Shown: positions 29,733 to 39,560 of the stretch, piece by piece
Layout: every line of letters begins with the position of its first letter
How positions within the stretch are numbered: position 1 is the first letter of the stretch
Source of the DNA: Candidatus Marinacidobacterales bacterium
GTDB lineage: Bacteria > Acidobacteriota > Vicinamibacteria > Marinacidobacterales > DATDRI01
DNA length: 64,000 nucleotides
NCBI GenBank assembly: GCA_965219415.1
Contig: OZ244742.1
Coordinates: forward strand, 1,696,001 to 1,760,000
Direction of reading: 5' to 3'
Notes under the pieces: generated by a model
What the model was told of the DNA's origin: nothing
The model's database searches: none
The model's input: the letters and a program-made list of their open reading frames with translations, nothing else
Made by a program: the position numbers and the translations under genes

Positions 29733-30949
29733 AGGGCGGCCTCCTCGCGTCGCAAGTAGAGCTTCATACCGGCCACGAGATAGACGATTCCGAAGATCAC
29801 CAGAGCAAGCAGGCTCGGCGCAATGTCGGCGAGGCCCCGCTCACGCAACATGAGGTCGTTGAACGCTTCCATCGCCCACGCGGTTGGAAATAAATGCGCG
29901 AGTTTCTGGAGCCACAACGGCTCAATGGTGATGGGCCACCAACAGCCTCCGATCGCGGCCATCGCCATGATAGCGATGGTGCCCAAAGGAAGCACAGAAT
30001 CCCGGGTCGGAGCGAGAGAAGCCACCAACAACCCGAACGACGCGGCTGCGAAGCTCACACCGATGATGACCAGCCCTATGGCCAACAATGAAGGACCGAG
30101 GCTTACGGCAAAGACGGCGCGGCCGAACGCGAACAGGATCAACATCTGCACGACGCCGATGATGCAACGTGAAGCCACTTTGCCGGCGACGACGCTTCCC
30201 GCGGAGGTCGGGCTCGCGGCAAGGCGATACAAGATCCCCCAACCCCGCTCGTCGACGAGACCCAGGCCCACGCCAAGGAGCATCCCCAGCATGAGGAATG
30301 TAACGCCGAAGCCCGGAACGTTTTGGTCAAATGCATTGAAAGAGGTCCGTGCGCTGGTCAGACTTTCCTCATCGAGGACCACCGATTTGCCGACGAGGCG
30401 CGAGGCGAGCTCACTCGCGTCTTCGGTCACCTCCTCGAAGTCCACGTCTCCCGCGTAAGTCAATACTTCGACGACCGCGACGCGCGCCGCCACTTGCGTT
30501 GTCACCAATGCCGCCTGGGCGCGACGCACCTCACTCTTGATCCTCAGGAGCTCCAGGTGCTTCACCGGATCCGTCAACAAGAGGAGACGCACCGATTGGC
30601 CCTTCCGAAATCCGCTGGTGAACCCGTAGGGAATGACAAGCGCGGCGCCGGCCTCGCCCGTCTCGGCAACCAGGCGCCGGGCCTCTTCGTCGCCAACCTC
30701 TTGGAGCCGCACTCCCGACGCTTCTTTGAGCGAGGCAACGAGCTCGTCGGCAACGTCGCCACCGTCCAATTTCGCGACCGGCAAGAGGAACTCTGTCTCC
30801 GAACCTCCCCGACTCCCGTAGAACGTGGAAAGGGAGAAACCCGCTACCGCGATGACCACGATCGGCGCAAGTACCAGGAAGATTAACGCTACGCGATCGC
30901 GCGCAAGGAGGCGCAGGTCCTTGGCTACCAGCACCAGCAGTCTTGTCAA
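29729..30949 (-). CDS. ABC-2 exporter permease
   Basis: KDLRLLARDR, ERGWGILYRLAASP, GGCWWP, PTAWA; six TM segments. Confidence 0.88.
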   Translation of the reverse strand: MTRLLVLVAKDLRLLARDRVALIFLVLAPIVVIAVAGFSLSTFYGSRGGSETEFLLPVAKLDGGDVADELVASLKEASGVRLQEVGDEEARRLVAETGEAGAALVIPYGFTSGFRKGQSVRLLLLTDPVKHLELLRIKSEVRRAQAALVTTQVAARVAVVEVLTYAGDVDFEEVTEDASELASRLVGKSVVLDEESLTSARTSFNAFDQNVPGFGVTFLMLGMLLGVGLGLVDERGWGILYRLAASPTSAGSVVAGKVASRCIIGVVQMLILFAFGRAVFAVSLGPSLLAIGLVIIGVSFAAASFGLLVASLAPTRDSVLPLGTIAIMAMAAIGGCWWPITIEPLWLQKLAHLFPTAWAMEAFNDLMLRERGLADIAPSLLALVIFGIVYLVAGMKLYLRREEAAL

Positions 30950-31062
30950 AGCGGTTCCCCCCCGGGCCCGGTCGCCCGCAAGCCCCATACTAGCCGCTTA
31001 TCCTCGCGGGAAGGACACGAAATACCGTTTGAGGTTAAGCGATTTAAAGTCAATTACTTGTA

Positions 31063-31096
31063 ATACTTGACAAAAAAGTCATATATCTGACACAAT
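31063..31096 (+). promoter_or_regulatory. sigma70 promoter overlapped by an IscR type-1-like Rrf2 operator
   Basis: ATACTTGAC-AAAAAA-GTCATATAT (31063-31086) covers TTGACA (31067-31072); CACAAT at 31091-31096. Confidence 0.65.
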
Positions 31097-31105
31097 AGGC
31101 TCGCC

Positions 31106-31606
31106 ATGAAGGTCACCGCCCAAGAGGAATACGGGATCCGGTGCCTGCTTCAGTTGGCTCGGCGAGCCGGTAACGAAAAGCCGGTCACCGTCCGGGAAGT
31201 TGCCGCCTCGGAGAGCCTATCGCCCGCTTACGCGGAAAAGCTCCTCCGAGTGCTCAGCCGAGCTGGCCTCGCAGAGTCGATTCGAGGCACGCGGGGAGGG
31301 TATCGCATGACAAGTTCTCCGGAGCGAGTCACCCTGGGCGACGCCGTCCGTGCCCTCGGCGGTTTCGTGAGCCAGCCAGAGATGTGCGCGAAGTTCACCG
31401 GACACGACGACTGCTGTGTCCACACCACCGACTGCGGATTGCGCCCGGTGTGGTTCACGGTGAACATGCACGTCCAGAAGATTCTCGACAGCATGCCGTT
31501 GAGCATGGTGTTGCAGGCGGAAAACAAAATCACCACGCGATTGGACGAGACCATCACCTCGTTGAACCGCAGCCTCGTCCCGTTGCAGATCTCTGCGAAA
31601 GTGTGA
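31106..31606 (+). CDS. Rrf2-family (IscR/SufR-like) regulator with a Cys cluster
   Basis: EEYGIRCLLQLA, SIRGTRGGY, CAKFTGHDDCCVHTTDC. Confidence 0.92.
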   Translation: MKVTAQEEYGIRCLLQLARRAGNEKPVTVREVAASESLSPAYAEKLLRVLSRAGLAESIRGTRGGYRMTSSPERVTLGDAVRALGGFVSQPEMCAKFTGHDDCCVHTTDCGLRPVWFTVNMHVQKILDSMPLSMVLQAENKITTRLDETITSLNRSLVPLQISAKV

Positions 31607-32937
31607 CCGACATGAAAGCCCTATCGAGCCTAGCAGACCCAACGTGGTCACAGGTGGCTCCCGTCGATGAAGATTCGAGTGTCGGTGTGAACACCTGGGC
31701 CGAAGAAACGCAGGAGGGGATCGAGGAGGAGACCGAGAAGACCGAGGAAACCATAGCCAGTGAGACTACCGAGCAGGCGGTAGCATCCCCCACCGATGTC
31801 GGCTACTTTTTGAATGTCGCGGGCCGCTATCCACTGCTCACGGCAGACCGAGAAAAGGAGCTTGCTTCGATTCTGTGGAGCGCACGTCGACGCCTGGTGC
31901 AAGTGATCGGGCTCGCGCGCCGAACGGGAGGCAACACTAGAGTCGAAGCTCCCGCCCCCATCCGCACCCCATCGAGGATATTGTCCCCGAACGCGCGGCG
32001 ACGCTTGATCGCCGCAGAGGAATATGCGGGGAGGTTGTTGCGCGCGGTCGGAGAAACGAAACATGCGGGCGAAGGCTTCGACCGATCTCTGGCCGTCCCA
32101 CCGCCGATGGAGCCGGCTCCCAGGCGAGGACGTCGAAGCCGCAACTCGGTAACGCCGTTACTCACCAAGAAACAGATTCGTTCCATCCTGCCGATTCTCA
32201 GAGAGTCCATGGAGCGCATCCGGACGGTGCGCGAAGAGTTGGTGGAACACAATCTCAGGCTGGTGGTGTGGGTAGCCAAGGCGTACCGGGGACGCGGCCT
32301 CGACTTCGTGGATCTCATCCAAGAGGGAAGCCTGGGGCTCCTCCGTGCCATCGATCGATTCGACCCGGCGGTGGGAACACGTTTCTCTACTTTCGCTACC
32401 CACTGGGTCCGACAAGGCATTCGGAGGGCGCTCGCCGAGAAGGCACGCACCATCCGCCTTCCCTTGAATCGTCTCCCGGAGGCGCGGGAAGCAGTCTACC
32501 AGCGCTTCCAGCTCACGAAGAAGTTACAGCGAACACCGACCCTTATCGAGATCGCTGCAGAGATGGGACTACGACCCGAGAAGGTCCAAGAACTACTACC
32601 GGCGCTGGCCCCGATCGACTCGCTAGACGCTCCCTTGGCCTCTACCGATCTACGTCATGCCGATCTCTTGGCCGATAAAGGAACCTCCCCGCTCGAAGAG
32701 GCGATCGAGGAGGAAACTACCCAATCGATCCAGGCGTTGTTGGAGCGGATGCCCGAACGAGAGCGGATCATCTTAGCGATGCGTTATGGAATCGGGTATC
32801 CGCAAGAATGCACTCTCGAGGAGATCGGAACCGCGCTCGGACTGTCGCGTGAGCGGATCCGCCAGATCGAGCAGCTCGCGCGGCAAGAGCTCCGCTCGCT
32901 CATGCTCAACGTCCAGCCCGATCTAGCCAACTCATAG
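31603..32937 (+). CDS. sigma70-family factor (RpoD/RpoS-like, lacks a typical region 1.1)
   Basis: Region 1.2 YPLLTADRE; region 2 NLRLVVWVAK..DLIQEG..RFSTFATHW; region 4 TLEEIG..SRERIRQIE; GTG overlaps the Rrf2 stop (alternative ATG 31612). Confidence 0.92.
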   Translation: MTDMKALSSLADPTWSQVAPVDEDSSVGVNTWAEETQEGIEEETEKTEETIASETTEQAVASPTDVGYFLNVAGRYPLLTADREKELASILWSARRRLVQVIGLARRTGGNTRVEAPAPIRTPSRILSPNARRRLIAAEEYAGRLLRAVGETKHAGEGFDRSLAVPPPMEPAPRRGRRSRNSVTPLLTKKQIRSILPILRESMERIRTVREELVEHNLRLVVWVAKAYRGRGLDFVDLIQEGSLGLLRAIDRFDPAVGTRFSTFATHWVRQGIRRALAEKARTIRLPLNRLPEAREAVYQRFQLTKKLQRTPTLIEIAAEMGLRPEKVQELLPALAPIDSLDAPLASTDLRHADLLADKGTSPLEEAIEEETTQSIQALLERMPERERIILAMRYGIGYPQECTLEEIGTALGLSRERIRQIEQLARQELRSLMLNVQPDLANS

Positions 32938-33016
32938 CCGCGGGGCGAGAGGGCCGCCTGGCCACGTTGCGTAAGAGTACAGCCTATTTTGGCGGCAGAC
33001 AGGTCATTTCAAGGTG

Positions 33017-33967
33017 CTAGTCCCTGAGCTCCTTGCCGGTCAGGTGGAGGAGACCTCGCCCAAGTTGGGCTGGTGGACGACGAGCTCCTTGATGCGGACG
33101 TTCTCGTCAGAAGCGAGTTGGAGAAGCTCTGGGATGAGCCGCTCGACGACGAGCTCACCGGCGAGCTGGAATCGGTAGGTGCCGGCGTGCCGGGAGTCCT
33201 GCTCGAGAAGCTGGGATCTTAGCTTGGCGGTCGGCGCATTCTCGAAGGTAACGACCACCGTCTGCCCCCTCCCCACTCTCGCCGCGAGTTCCTGAGACGT
33301 TCCTTCGGCGACGAAACGCCCCTCATCCATAATGGCGACGCGATGGCAAAGCCTCTCCGCCTCCTCCATATAGTGGGTGGTATAGAGGACGGCCATTCCT
33401 TGCTCCGCAAGCCCCTCGACCGAGGAAAAAATGCGCTCACGCGACTGAGGGTCCAACCCGACCGTCGGCTCATCCGAGCAATAGCAGCTCGGGCTCGTGA
33501 ATGATTCCACACGCAAGGTTGAGCCGGCGTTGCATGCCGCCAGAGAAATCGGCCACGTTGTCGCGCCGCCGTTGGGCGAGTCCGACGAGCTCGAGCATGG
33601 CTTCTACGCGTGACTCGAGACGGGCGCCGTCTAGACCATACATCCGACCGAAAAACCGCAGGTTCTCTTCCGCAGTCAGCGTCGGATAGAGACAAACCTG
33701 CTGCGGAACCAACCCCACTCTTCCTTTGACCGATTCCACGGCGGCGGCAATACCCAGACCATTCAAGCGCACCGCCCCCGCGGTGGCCGAAACGATGGTG
33801 GCGATCATTCCGATGGTGGTCGTTTTCCCGGCGCCGTTCGGCCCTAGAAGCCCGAAGATCTCCCCACGGCGAATGGAAAAGGAGACCCCGCGAACGGCTT
33901 GGCGTTGCCCGTAGCTCTTGGATAAATCCGAGACTTCCAAGACCACCGGGGCTTGATCAGTGTTCAC
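33017..33967 (-). CDS. ABC exporter ATP-binding subunit (DrrA/CcmA-like), two 1-nt frameshifts
   Basis: GPNGAGKTT, FSGGMQRR, DEPTVGLDP, TTHYMEEAE; corrected end EVFLHLTGKELRD*; indels near 33475 and 33050. Confidence 0.85.
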
Positions 33968-34032
33968 GAGCGTAATCTGATTTATACGTTGAACCGCCCA
34001 TGTGGCAAAGCGCGTGTGTCGAGCCGGTCGAG

Positions 34033-34221
34033 CTATTCGAGGAGCGATAGAAGAGACAAGCGATAGGCGTAAAGCTCCCTCTCGCTCAGGAACCAATCCT
34101 CTTTAACGGACCGACTCCTCTTGTTGGGCCAGCGATCGTCAGAGCCCATCACGATTTCGGTCTCGGCATCCTCGTCCCGCCAGGTGTCACTATCGAAGTC
34201 TTCGAGGATTAACGTCGGCAT
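34033..34221 (-). CDS. small acidic hypothetical protein (62 aa)
   Basis: GGAGG RBS and TAGAAT -10 upstream. Confidence 0.55.
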   Translation of the reverse strand: MPTLILEDFDSDTWRDEDAETEIVMGSDDRWPNKRSRSVKEDWFLSERELYAYRLSLLSLLE

Positions 34222-34338
34222 TTCGTCCTCCCGCTCCCTAGTCCCATTCTAGGCACGGGATTCAGAAAAGCCCGTGGAAGATCCCACAAAAAGGAAGAAA
34301 TCGCGTCGCCCACCCACCTCACCCCCTCTGGGCATTAC

Positions 34339-36342
34339 TCAATCGATGACGAGTTTCTTCACTTCCTCGACCAGCCTCTCAGGAGTAAACCCGAGTTTTT
34401 CCCAATTGACCGAAGCGGGCGCTGAAGCACCGAACCGATCGAGCCCAACGATGGCGCCCTTGTCTCCCACCCAACGATGCCAGCCGAGCGTGGCCCCGGC
34501 CTCGACCGCAACGCGCGCCGTCACCGATGGCGGGAGAACGGACTCGCGGTAGTCTTCACTCTGTTCTTCGAACAGCTCCCAGCAGGGCATCGAGACGATG
34601 CGGCAGCGAATTCCCTCGCCGTCCAATAGCTTCCGAGCTTCCATCGCCAAAGAGACCTCGGAACCGGAGGCGAGCAAAATCGCTTGGAGCGAACCACTCT
34701 TTGGGTCGTCCAGCACGTAGGCACCGCGAGCGAGTCCTGAAACATCAGCGTTCAGTACCGGAAGCCCCTGCCTCGTTAGCACCAAGGCGACCGGCCCTTC
34801 CTTCCGTTCGATGGCCCATCGCCAGGCTTCCGCCGCTTCGTTCGCATCGGCGGGTCGCACGACATGGAGATTGGGCATCGCTCGTAGCGACATCAAATGT
34901 TCGACTGCTTGATGCGTCGGACCATCCTCACCGAGACCGATGGAGTCGTGCGTCCACACGAAAGTGACCGGGAGATGGCTGAGAGCGGCCAAGCGCACCG
35001 AAGGACGCATGTAGTCCGAAAAGCAGAAGAAGGTTGCGGTATAGGCGCGGACGCCGCCGTGATAGGCCATACCGTTCGCGATGCCTCCCATCGCGTGCTC
35101 TCGTACTCCAAAATGAATATTCCGGCCGGCACCGGTTCGCCCATCGAAAGAATCCTCACCGTCTAGCGCCGTCTTGGTAGAGCCCGACAGATCGGCATCG
35201 CCGCCGATCAGCTCTGGCAAACGGGGCGCGATGGCGTTGAGCGCTTTGCCGGCTGCGGCGCGGGTCGCGACTTTATTACCAGGCTCGAACCGCGGAATAT
35301 CTTGATCCCAACCTTGCGGGAGCTTGCCCGCCATCCGCCGCTCCCACTCCTTTGCAAGCTCCGGGTTGGCCTCGGAGTATTCTCGGAGGCGCGTGTTCCA
35401 GTCGTCCTGTGCCTTTTGCCCCCGATCGACGGTTCGCCGGAAGTTCGCGGCGGCTTCGTCGGGAACGTAGAAAAACCGCTCGGCATCCCATCCCAACTCT
35501 TTTTTCGTAAGCGCCACCTCTTCGTCTCCCAGCGGGCTGCCGTGTGCGCCGGAAGTCCCCGCCTTGTGGGGAGAACCAAATCCGATCGTGGTGTGAACGT
35601 TGATCAAGGAGGGACGCCCGGTATCTGCCTTAGCCTCCGAAATCGCTGCGTCGATCGCGTCGAGGTCCCGATCGCCATCCTTAACATGAAGCACCTGCCA
35701 ACCGTACGCCTCGTAGCGTTTACCGACGTCCTCGGTGGAAAAAGTCAGAGAGGCCGGCCCATCGAGAGTGACGTCGTTCGAATCGTAGAGGTAGATCACT
35801 TTGCCGAGCTTGAGATGACCGGCCAAGGAGGCGGCCTCGGCCGAGATCCCCTCCATGAGGTCTCCGTCCGACACCAGCGCGTAGGTGTGATGGTCGACGA
35901 TCGTCTGCCCGGGGCGGTTGAACTGATGCGCCAGGGCACGCTCGGTCAATGCCATCCCTACCGCGTTTGCAGTTCCCTGCCCGAGTGGTCCTGTGCTCGC
36001 CTCCACACCTGGAGTCATGAAGGATTCCGGGTGACCGGGCGTATTGCTCCCCCATTGTCGGAAATTCTCGAGATCGGCAAGGCTCAGGTCGTAGCCGGTG
36101 AGATGGAGCAAGGTGTAAACCAGCATGCAACCGTGCCCGGCCGATAGGATGAATCGGTCCCGGTCGGGCCATTCCGGGTCGCGCGGGTTGTGACGGAGGT
36201 GACGTTGCCAAAGCACGTATGCCATCGGGGCCGCGCCTAGGGGCAACCCTGGGTGGCCGGAGTTCGCCTTCTGCACCGCGTCGATAGCCAGCGTTCGGAT
36301 GGTGTTGATACACAGCTCGTCCAGCGAAGCCGTTGCTTTCAT
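34339..36342 (-). CDS. tkt: transketolase
   Basis: [50 protein letters not shown]. Confidence 0.97.
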   Translation of the reverse strand: MKATASLDELCINTIRTLAIDAVQKANSGHPGLPLGAAPMAYVLWQRHLRHNPRDPEWPDRDRFILSAGHGCMLVYTLLHLTGYDLSLADLENFRQWGSNTPGHPESFMTPGVEASTGPLGQGTANAVGMALTERALAHQFNRPGQTIVDHHTYALVSDGDLMEGISAEAASLAGHLKLGKVIYLYDSNDVTLDGPASLTFSTEDVGKRYEAYGWQVLHVKDGDRDLDAIDAAISEAKADTGRPSLINVHTTIGFGSPHKAGTSGAHGSPLGDEEVALTKKELGWDAERFFYVPDEAAANFRRTVDRGQKAQDDWNTRLREYSEANPELAKEWERRMAGKLPQGWDQDIPRFEPGNKVATRAAAGKALNAIAPRLPELIGGDADLSGSTKTALDGEDSFDGRTGAGRNIHFGVREHAMGGIANGMAYHGGVRAYTATFFCFSDYMRPSVRLAALSHLPVTFVWTHDSIGLGEDGPTHQAVEHLMSLRAMPNLHVVRPADANEAAEAWRWAIERKEGPVALVLTRQGLPVLNADVSGLARGAYVLDDPKSGSLQAILLASGSEVSLAMEARKLLDGEGIRCRIVSMPCWELFEEQSEDYRESVLPPSVTARVAVEAGATLGWHRWVGDKGAIVGLDRFGASAPASVNWEKLGFTPERLVEEVKKLVID

Positions 36343-36538
36343 TCCACTCTCCCGTGTTGACGAAGATGACGTGGCGCGTGCCCGCGGCCGCGCCTCCAAG
36401 TCCAAGTAAGAACGATGGAGAATACCAAGTGAGCAAGGCTCCGACAAGACCCGTGGCTAGGCGTGGAAACCTCAATTTGCGCACCGGCTCCCCCTGGACT
36501 AAATTTGACTGAGGGCGTCTCGCACCCTCGGTCAAATC

Positions 36539-37226
36539 ATGGCCTCCAAAAGCAAGCTCTGGTACTTGAATCGTATGGACCTGTTTCGCCATATGAACAT
36601 GGATGCCATGAAGTTAGCGAACCAGATCAGCGTCATGACCGAGCTCAAGAAGCGCACGCCGGTCTATCTGCCTGGAGATCCCGCCGACAAGATCTATCTC
36701 ATCAAGCGCGGTGTCGTGAAGATCTCGACGCTAACGGACGAAGGGAAAGAAATCGTGCTCGCATTCCTGCACCCGGGTGACGTGTTCGGGGAGCTCGCGG
36801 TGGTGGACGCATCGCCGAGAGACCATTTCGCCGAGATTTACGAGGATGCGCTCATTTGCATCTTCGCGCGCAACGAGTTTCTGCAGTTCATGAAACGATA
36901 TCCCGACCTCGCTTTCCAGGTTGACCAAGATTCTCGGGCTTCGGGTCCGCCGGCTATCCAATCGTGTCGAAAACCTCTTTTTCAAGAGCGCCCATGCGCG
37001 GCTGGCCCAGACGTTGCTCGACCTCTCGAATGAGTACGGCGTGCCGGACGCGGCAGGCGTTCTGCTTACCCTGAAACTGAGCCAGCAGGAGCTGGGAAGC
37101 TTGGTTGGTCTCAGTCGCGAGTCGGTCAACCTATGCTTGAGCGATTTCAAGCGTCAGGGGTTGGTGGAATCCTCCGGGCGCTCTCTGCGACTTCTGGAGC
37201 CGGAGAAGCTGGCGGCCCTCCGATAG
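36539..37226 (+). CDS. Crp/Fnr-family regulator (1-nt frameshift near 36920)
   Basis: cNMP fold (GVVKIS..GKE..PGDVFGE..PR); HTH LSQQELGSLVGLSRESVN. Confidence 0.88.
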
Positions 37227-37420
37227 AACTCTCCTGAAAGTTAAGAACCTAACAGCCGCTTCCCGGCTTTCGCTCTAATGTGTCCCGTGAGGGGAGTTCA
37301 GAACCAGCTTCCTTAGGGGGGGAAGCGTCGCGTCTCGCCCGCGATAGTGACCGGCTCGGCAAGTCACTCTTCCATAAAGGTTTGTTCTCAGGGCTTGCTG
37401 TGTTGGCGGGAGATCACGTC

Positions 37421-38135
37421 ATGGCGACACAGATTGCGTTCACCAGAAAAAACCTGGACGTCCGACAACTTCCTCAACAAGAGGCGGCCGGACGTTTCTT
37501 CAGCGGCACGCGCTTGTTTCGTAGCTTGAAGGAGAGCCAGGTCCGGAGCCTCGCCGCCCGAGGCAGCTTGAATCGAGCCGAACGGGGGCAGATCCTCTAC
37601 TGCGAGGGGGAACTGCTCAACCATCTATACGTGGTCCAGTCGGGCAGCGTGAAGCTCGTTCGGAGCTCCGAAGAACGGGAGGGAGCTCATTGTGAATCTC
37701 GTCGGAGTCGGTGAATGCTTCGGCGCCATGGCTCAGCCACTGCTGGCTCCGAGCCTCGCACAAGCACTGGCGAATTCTGTCGTTCACGTGATTCCCCTTC
37801 CGGGCGTGCGCAGTGTGGCTGCCGACAATCCTTCCTTTGCGCTCGATCTGCTGGAAGTCAGCGAAGAACAATGGGTCTCCGCGCAAGCGACAGCCGCTCG
37901 CTTGGCTTTTGAAAGCGTTCCGCGCCGCCTCGCGACTTTGCTGCTCGGCATCTCCGACCAGCGGTACGGGACGCTGAACTTCCCGCTCAATCAGACCGAG
38001 ATCGCGAACCTCATCGGCAGCAGCCGGGAGACGGTGTGCTCCATATTGAATCGCCTGCGCCGTGATGGAATGCTGTCTATCGTGACGGGAAGAATCCGAC
38101 TCGTCGATCGAGTTCGCCTCGCAGAAGTCCGTTAA
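37421..38135 (+). CDS. second Crp/Fnr-family regulator (frameshift near 37675)
   Basis: QSGSVKL..GRELIV..GECFG; HTH LNQTEIANLIGSSRETV. Confidence 0.85.
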
Positions 38136-38224
38136 ACTCGCCGAGCGAGCCGCCACTCAAGCCCCCACCGAGGCCAGCATTCCTCTTTCCTCGACCGATG
38201 GCCTGGGCATAGAATCGAGTCTCC

Positions 38225-39151
38225 ATGCCCGAACAAGCTCTCCGCTGGGTCGTCTTCGGTTCCATTGTGCTGATCATGCTGGCCCTCGATCTCGGAGTGT
38301 TCCACCGGCGAGCCCACGTCGTCCGACTGCGAGAAGCCATCGTATGGAGCGTCGTATGGATAGCACTATCGCTTCTCTTTAATCTAGGCGTCTACGTCTA
38401 CCTCGGCCCGCAAGCCGGATTGAACTTCCTAGCCGCCTACCTCATCGAAAAGTCGCTCAGCATTGACAACATCTTCGTGTTCTTGCTCATCTTTTCCTAC
38501 TTTTCGGTGCCGGCCCAATTTCAGCACCGGGTTCTTTTCTGGGGAATCATCGCTGCCCTGTTCATGCGGGCGTTCTTCATCGCCGCTGGCCTGACTCTCA
38601 TCCAGAGGTTCGAGTGGATCGTCTATGTCTTCGGAGCTTTTCTGGTCTTTACCGGAATCCGGATGGCGATACGCAAAGAGGGCGAGATCCACCCCGAGCG
38701 GAACCCGATCTTGAAGCTGTTTCGGAGATTCTTCGCCGTCTCTAGCGACTACCAAGGTGCACGGTTTCTTGTCAGGAAGGACGCGGGTTGGATCGCGACG
38801 CCACTGCTCATCGTCTTGCTAGTCGTCGAGACTTCCGATCTCATTTTTGCGGTCGATTCCATTCCAGCGGTTCTAGCGATAACCATCGATCCGTTTATCG
38901 TCTACACATCGAACGTTTTCGCGATCCTAGGCCTGAGGGCCCTCTACTTTGCTCTTGCGGGCATTGTGGAGCTCTTCCATTACCTTCACTACGGCCTTTC
39001 CGCTATCCTCGTCTTGGTAGGGTTCAAGATGCTCATCTTACACATCTACCACGTCCCGACGGTCCTCGCCCTCAGTTTCATTGCCGCGACGATCCTGATA
39101 AGTGCGGTCGCTTCCATCCTCTATCCTCCGAAGAAGAGTATCGAAGAGTGA
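38225..39151 (+). CDS. TerC/Alx-family membrane protein
   Basis: EKSLSIDNIFVF, DLIFAVDSIPA, TSNVFAILGLRALYF. Confidence 0.95.
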   Translation: MPEQALRWVVFGSIVLIMLALDLGVFHRRAHVVRLREAIVWSVVWIALSLLFNLGVYVYLGPQAGLNFLAAYLIEKSLSIDNIFVFLLIFSYFSVPAQFQHRVLFWGIIAALFMRAFFIAAGLTLIQRFEWIVYVFGAFLVFTGIRMAIRKEGEIHPERNPILKLFRRFFAVSSDYQGARFLVRKDAGWIATPLLIVLLVVETSDLIFAVDSIPAVLAITIDPFIVYTSNVFAILGLRALYFALAGIVELFHYLHYGLSAILVLVGFKMLILHIYHVPTVLALSFIAATILISAVASILYPPKKSIEE

Positions 39152-39161
39152 GAACGATTTA

Positions 39162-39560
39162 ATGAGCGGCATGCTCCTAGCCAAGATCGCTGTCGGGGGA
39201 GCGATCGGAGCGCTGGCGCGATATGGGATGTCCGGCGCGATCTACGCGGCCATGGGCGCTCGACTTCCTTGGGGTACGCTGTCTGTGAATCTTCTGGGTT
39301 GTTTTCTACTGGGTGCATTGTTGGAGATAGCCAGGCTCACCGCCTGGGTCTCTCCGGATACGCGGCTCGCACTGGCGATAGGATTTCTCGGTTCTTTCAC
39401 GACGTTCTCTACGTTCGGTGTGGAAACGTTTCGGGCCATCGAAGCCGGTAGTTGGTCGACGGCGATGTGGAACGTGATGCTAAACGTCGTCGGCGGGCTG
39501 TTTTTCGTTATCCTCGGGGTTGGCCTCGCTCGCGGGGTCATCCACTTGCGGAGCGGTTAA
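39162..39560 (+). CDS. crcB: fluoride efflux channel CrcB/Fluc
   Basis: GGAIGALARY, PWGTLSVN, GFLGSFTTFSTF. Confidence 0.95.
   Translation: MSGMLLAKIAVGGAIGALARYGMSGAIYAAMGARLPWGTLSVNLLGCFLLGALLEIARLTAWVSPDTRLALAIGFLGSFTTFSTFGVETFRAIEAGSWSTAMWNVMLNVVGGLFFVILGVGLARGVIHLRSG

Noticed and set aside
31384-31602. N-terminal 73 aa of the 517-aa sigma ORF
   Set aside because: It overlaps the Rrf2 gene in another frame; the true start is more likely 31603 or 31612.
35302-36592. Long ORFs overlapping tkt (281 aa on +, 290 aa on -)
   Set aside because: Shadow or alternative-frame ORFs of transketolase with Arg/Pro/Gly-biased junk composition.
38136-38224. yybP-ykoY manganese riboswitch directly upstream of TerC
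   Set aside because: The gap is short, lacks the GGGGAGUA and GAGACC-type motifs, and has a -10 box close to the ATG.
39100-39165. Fluoride riboswitch upstream of crcB
   Set aside because: Only 10 nt separate terC and crcB, and no GGCGAUGG-type motif is present.
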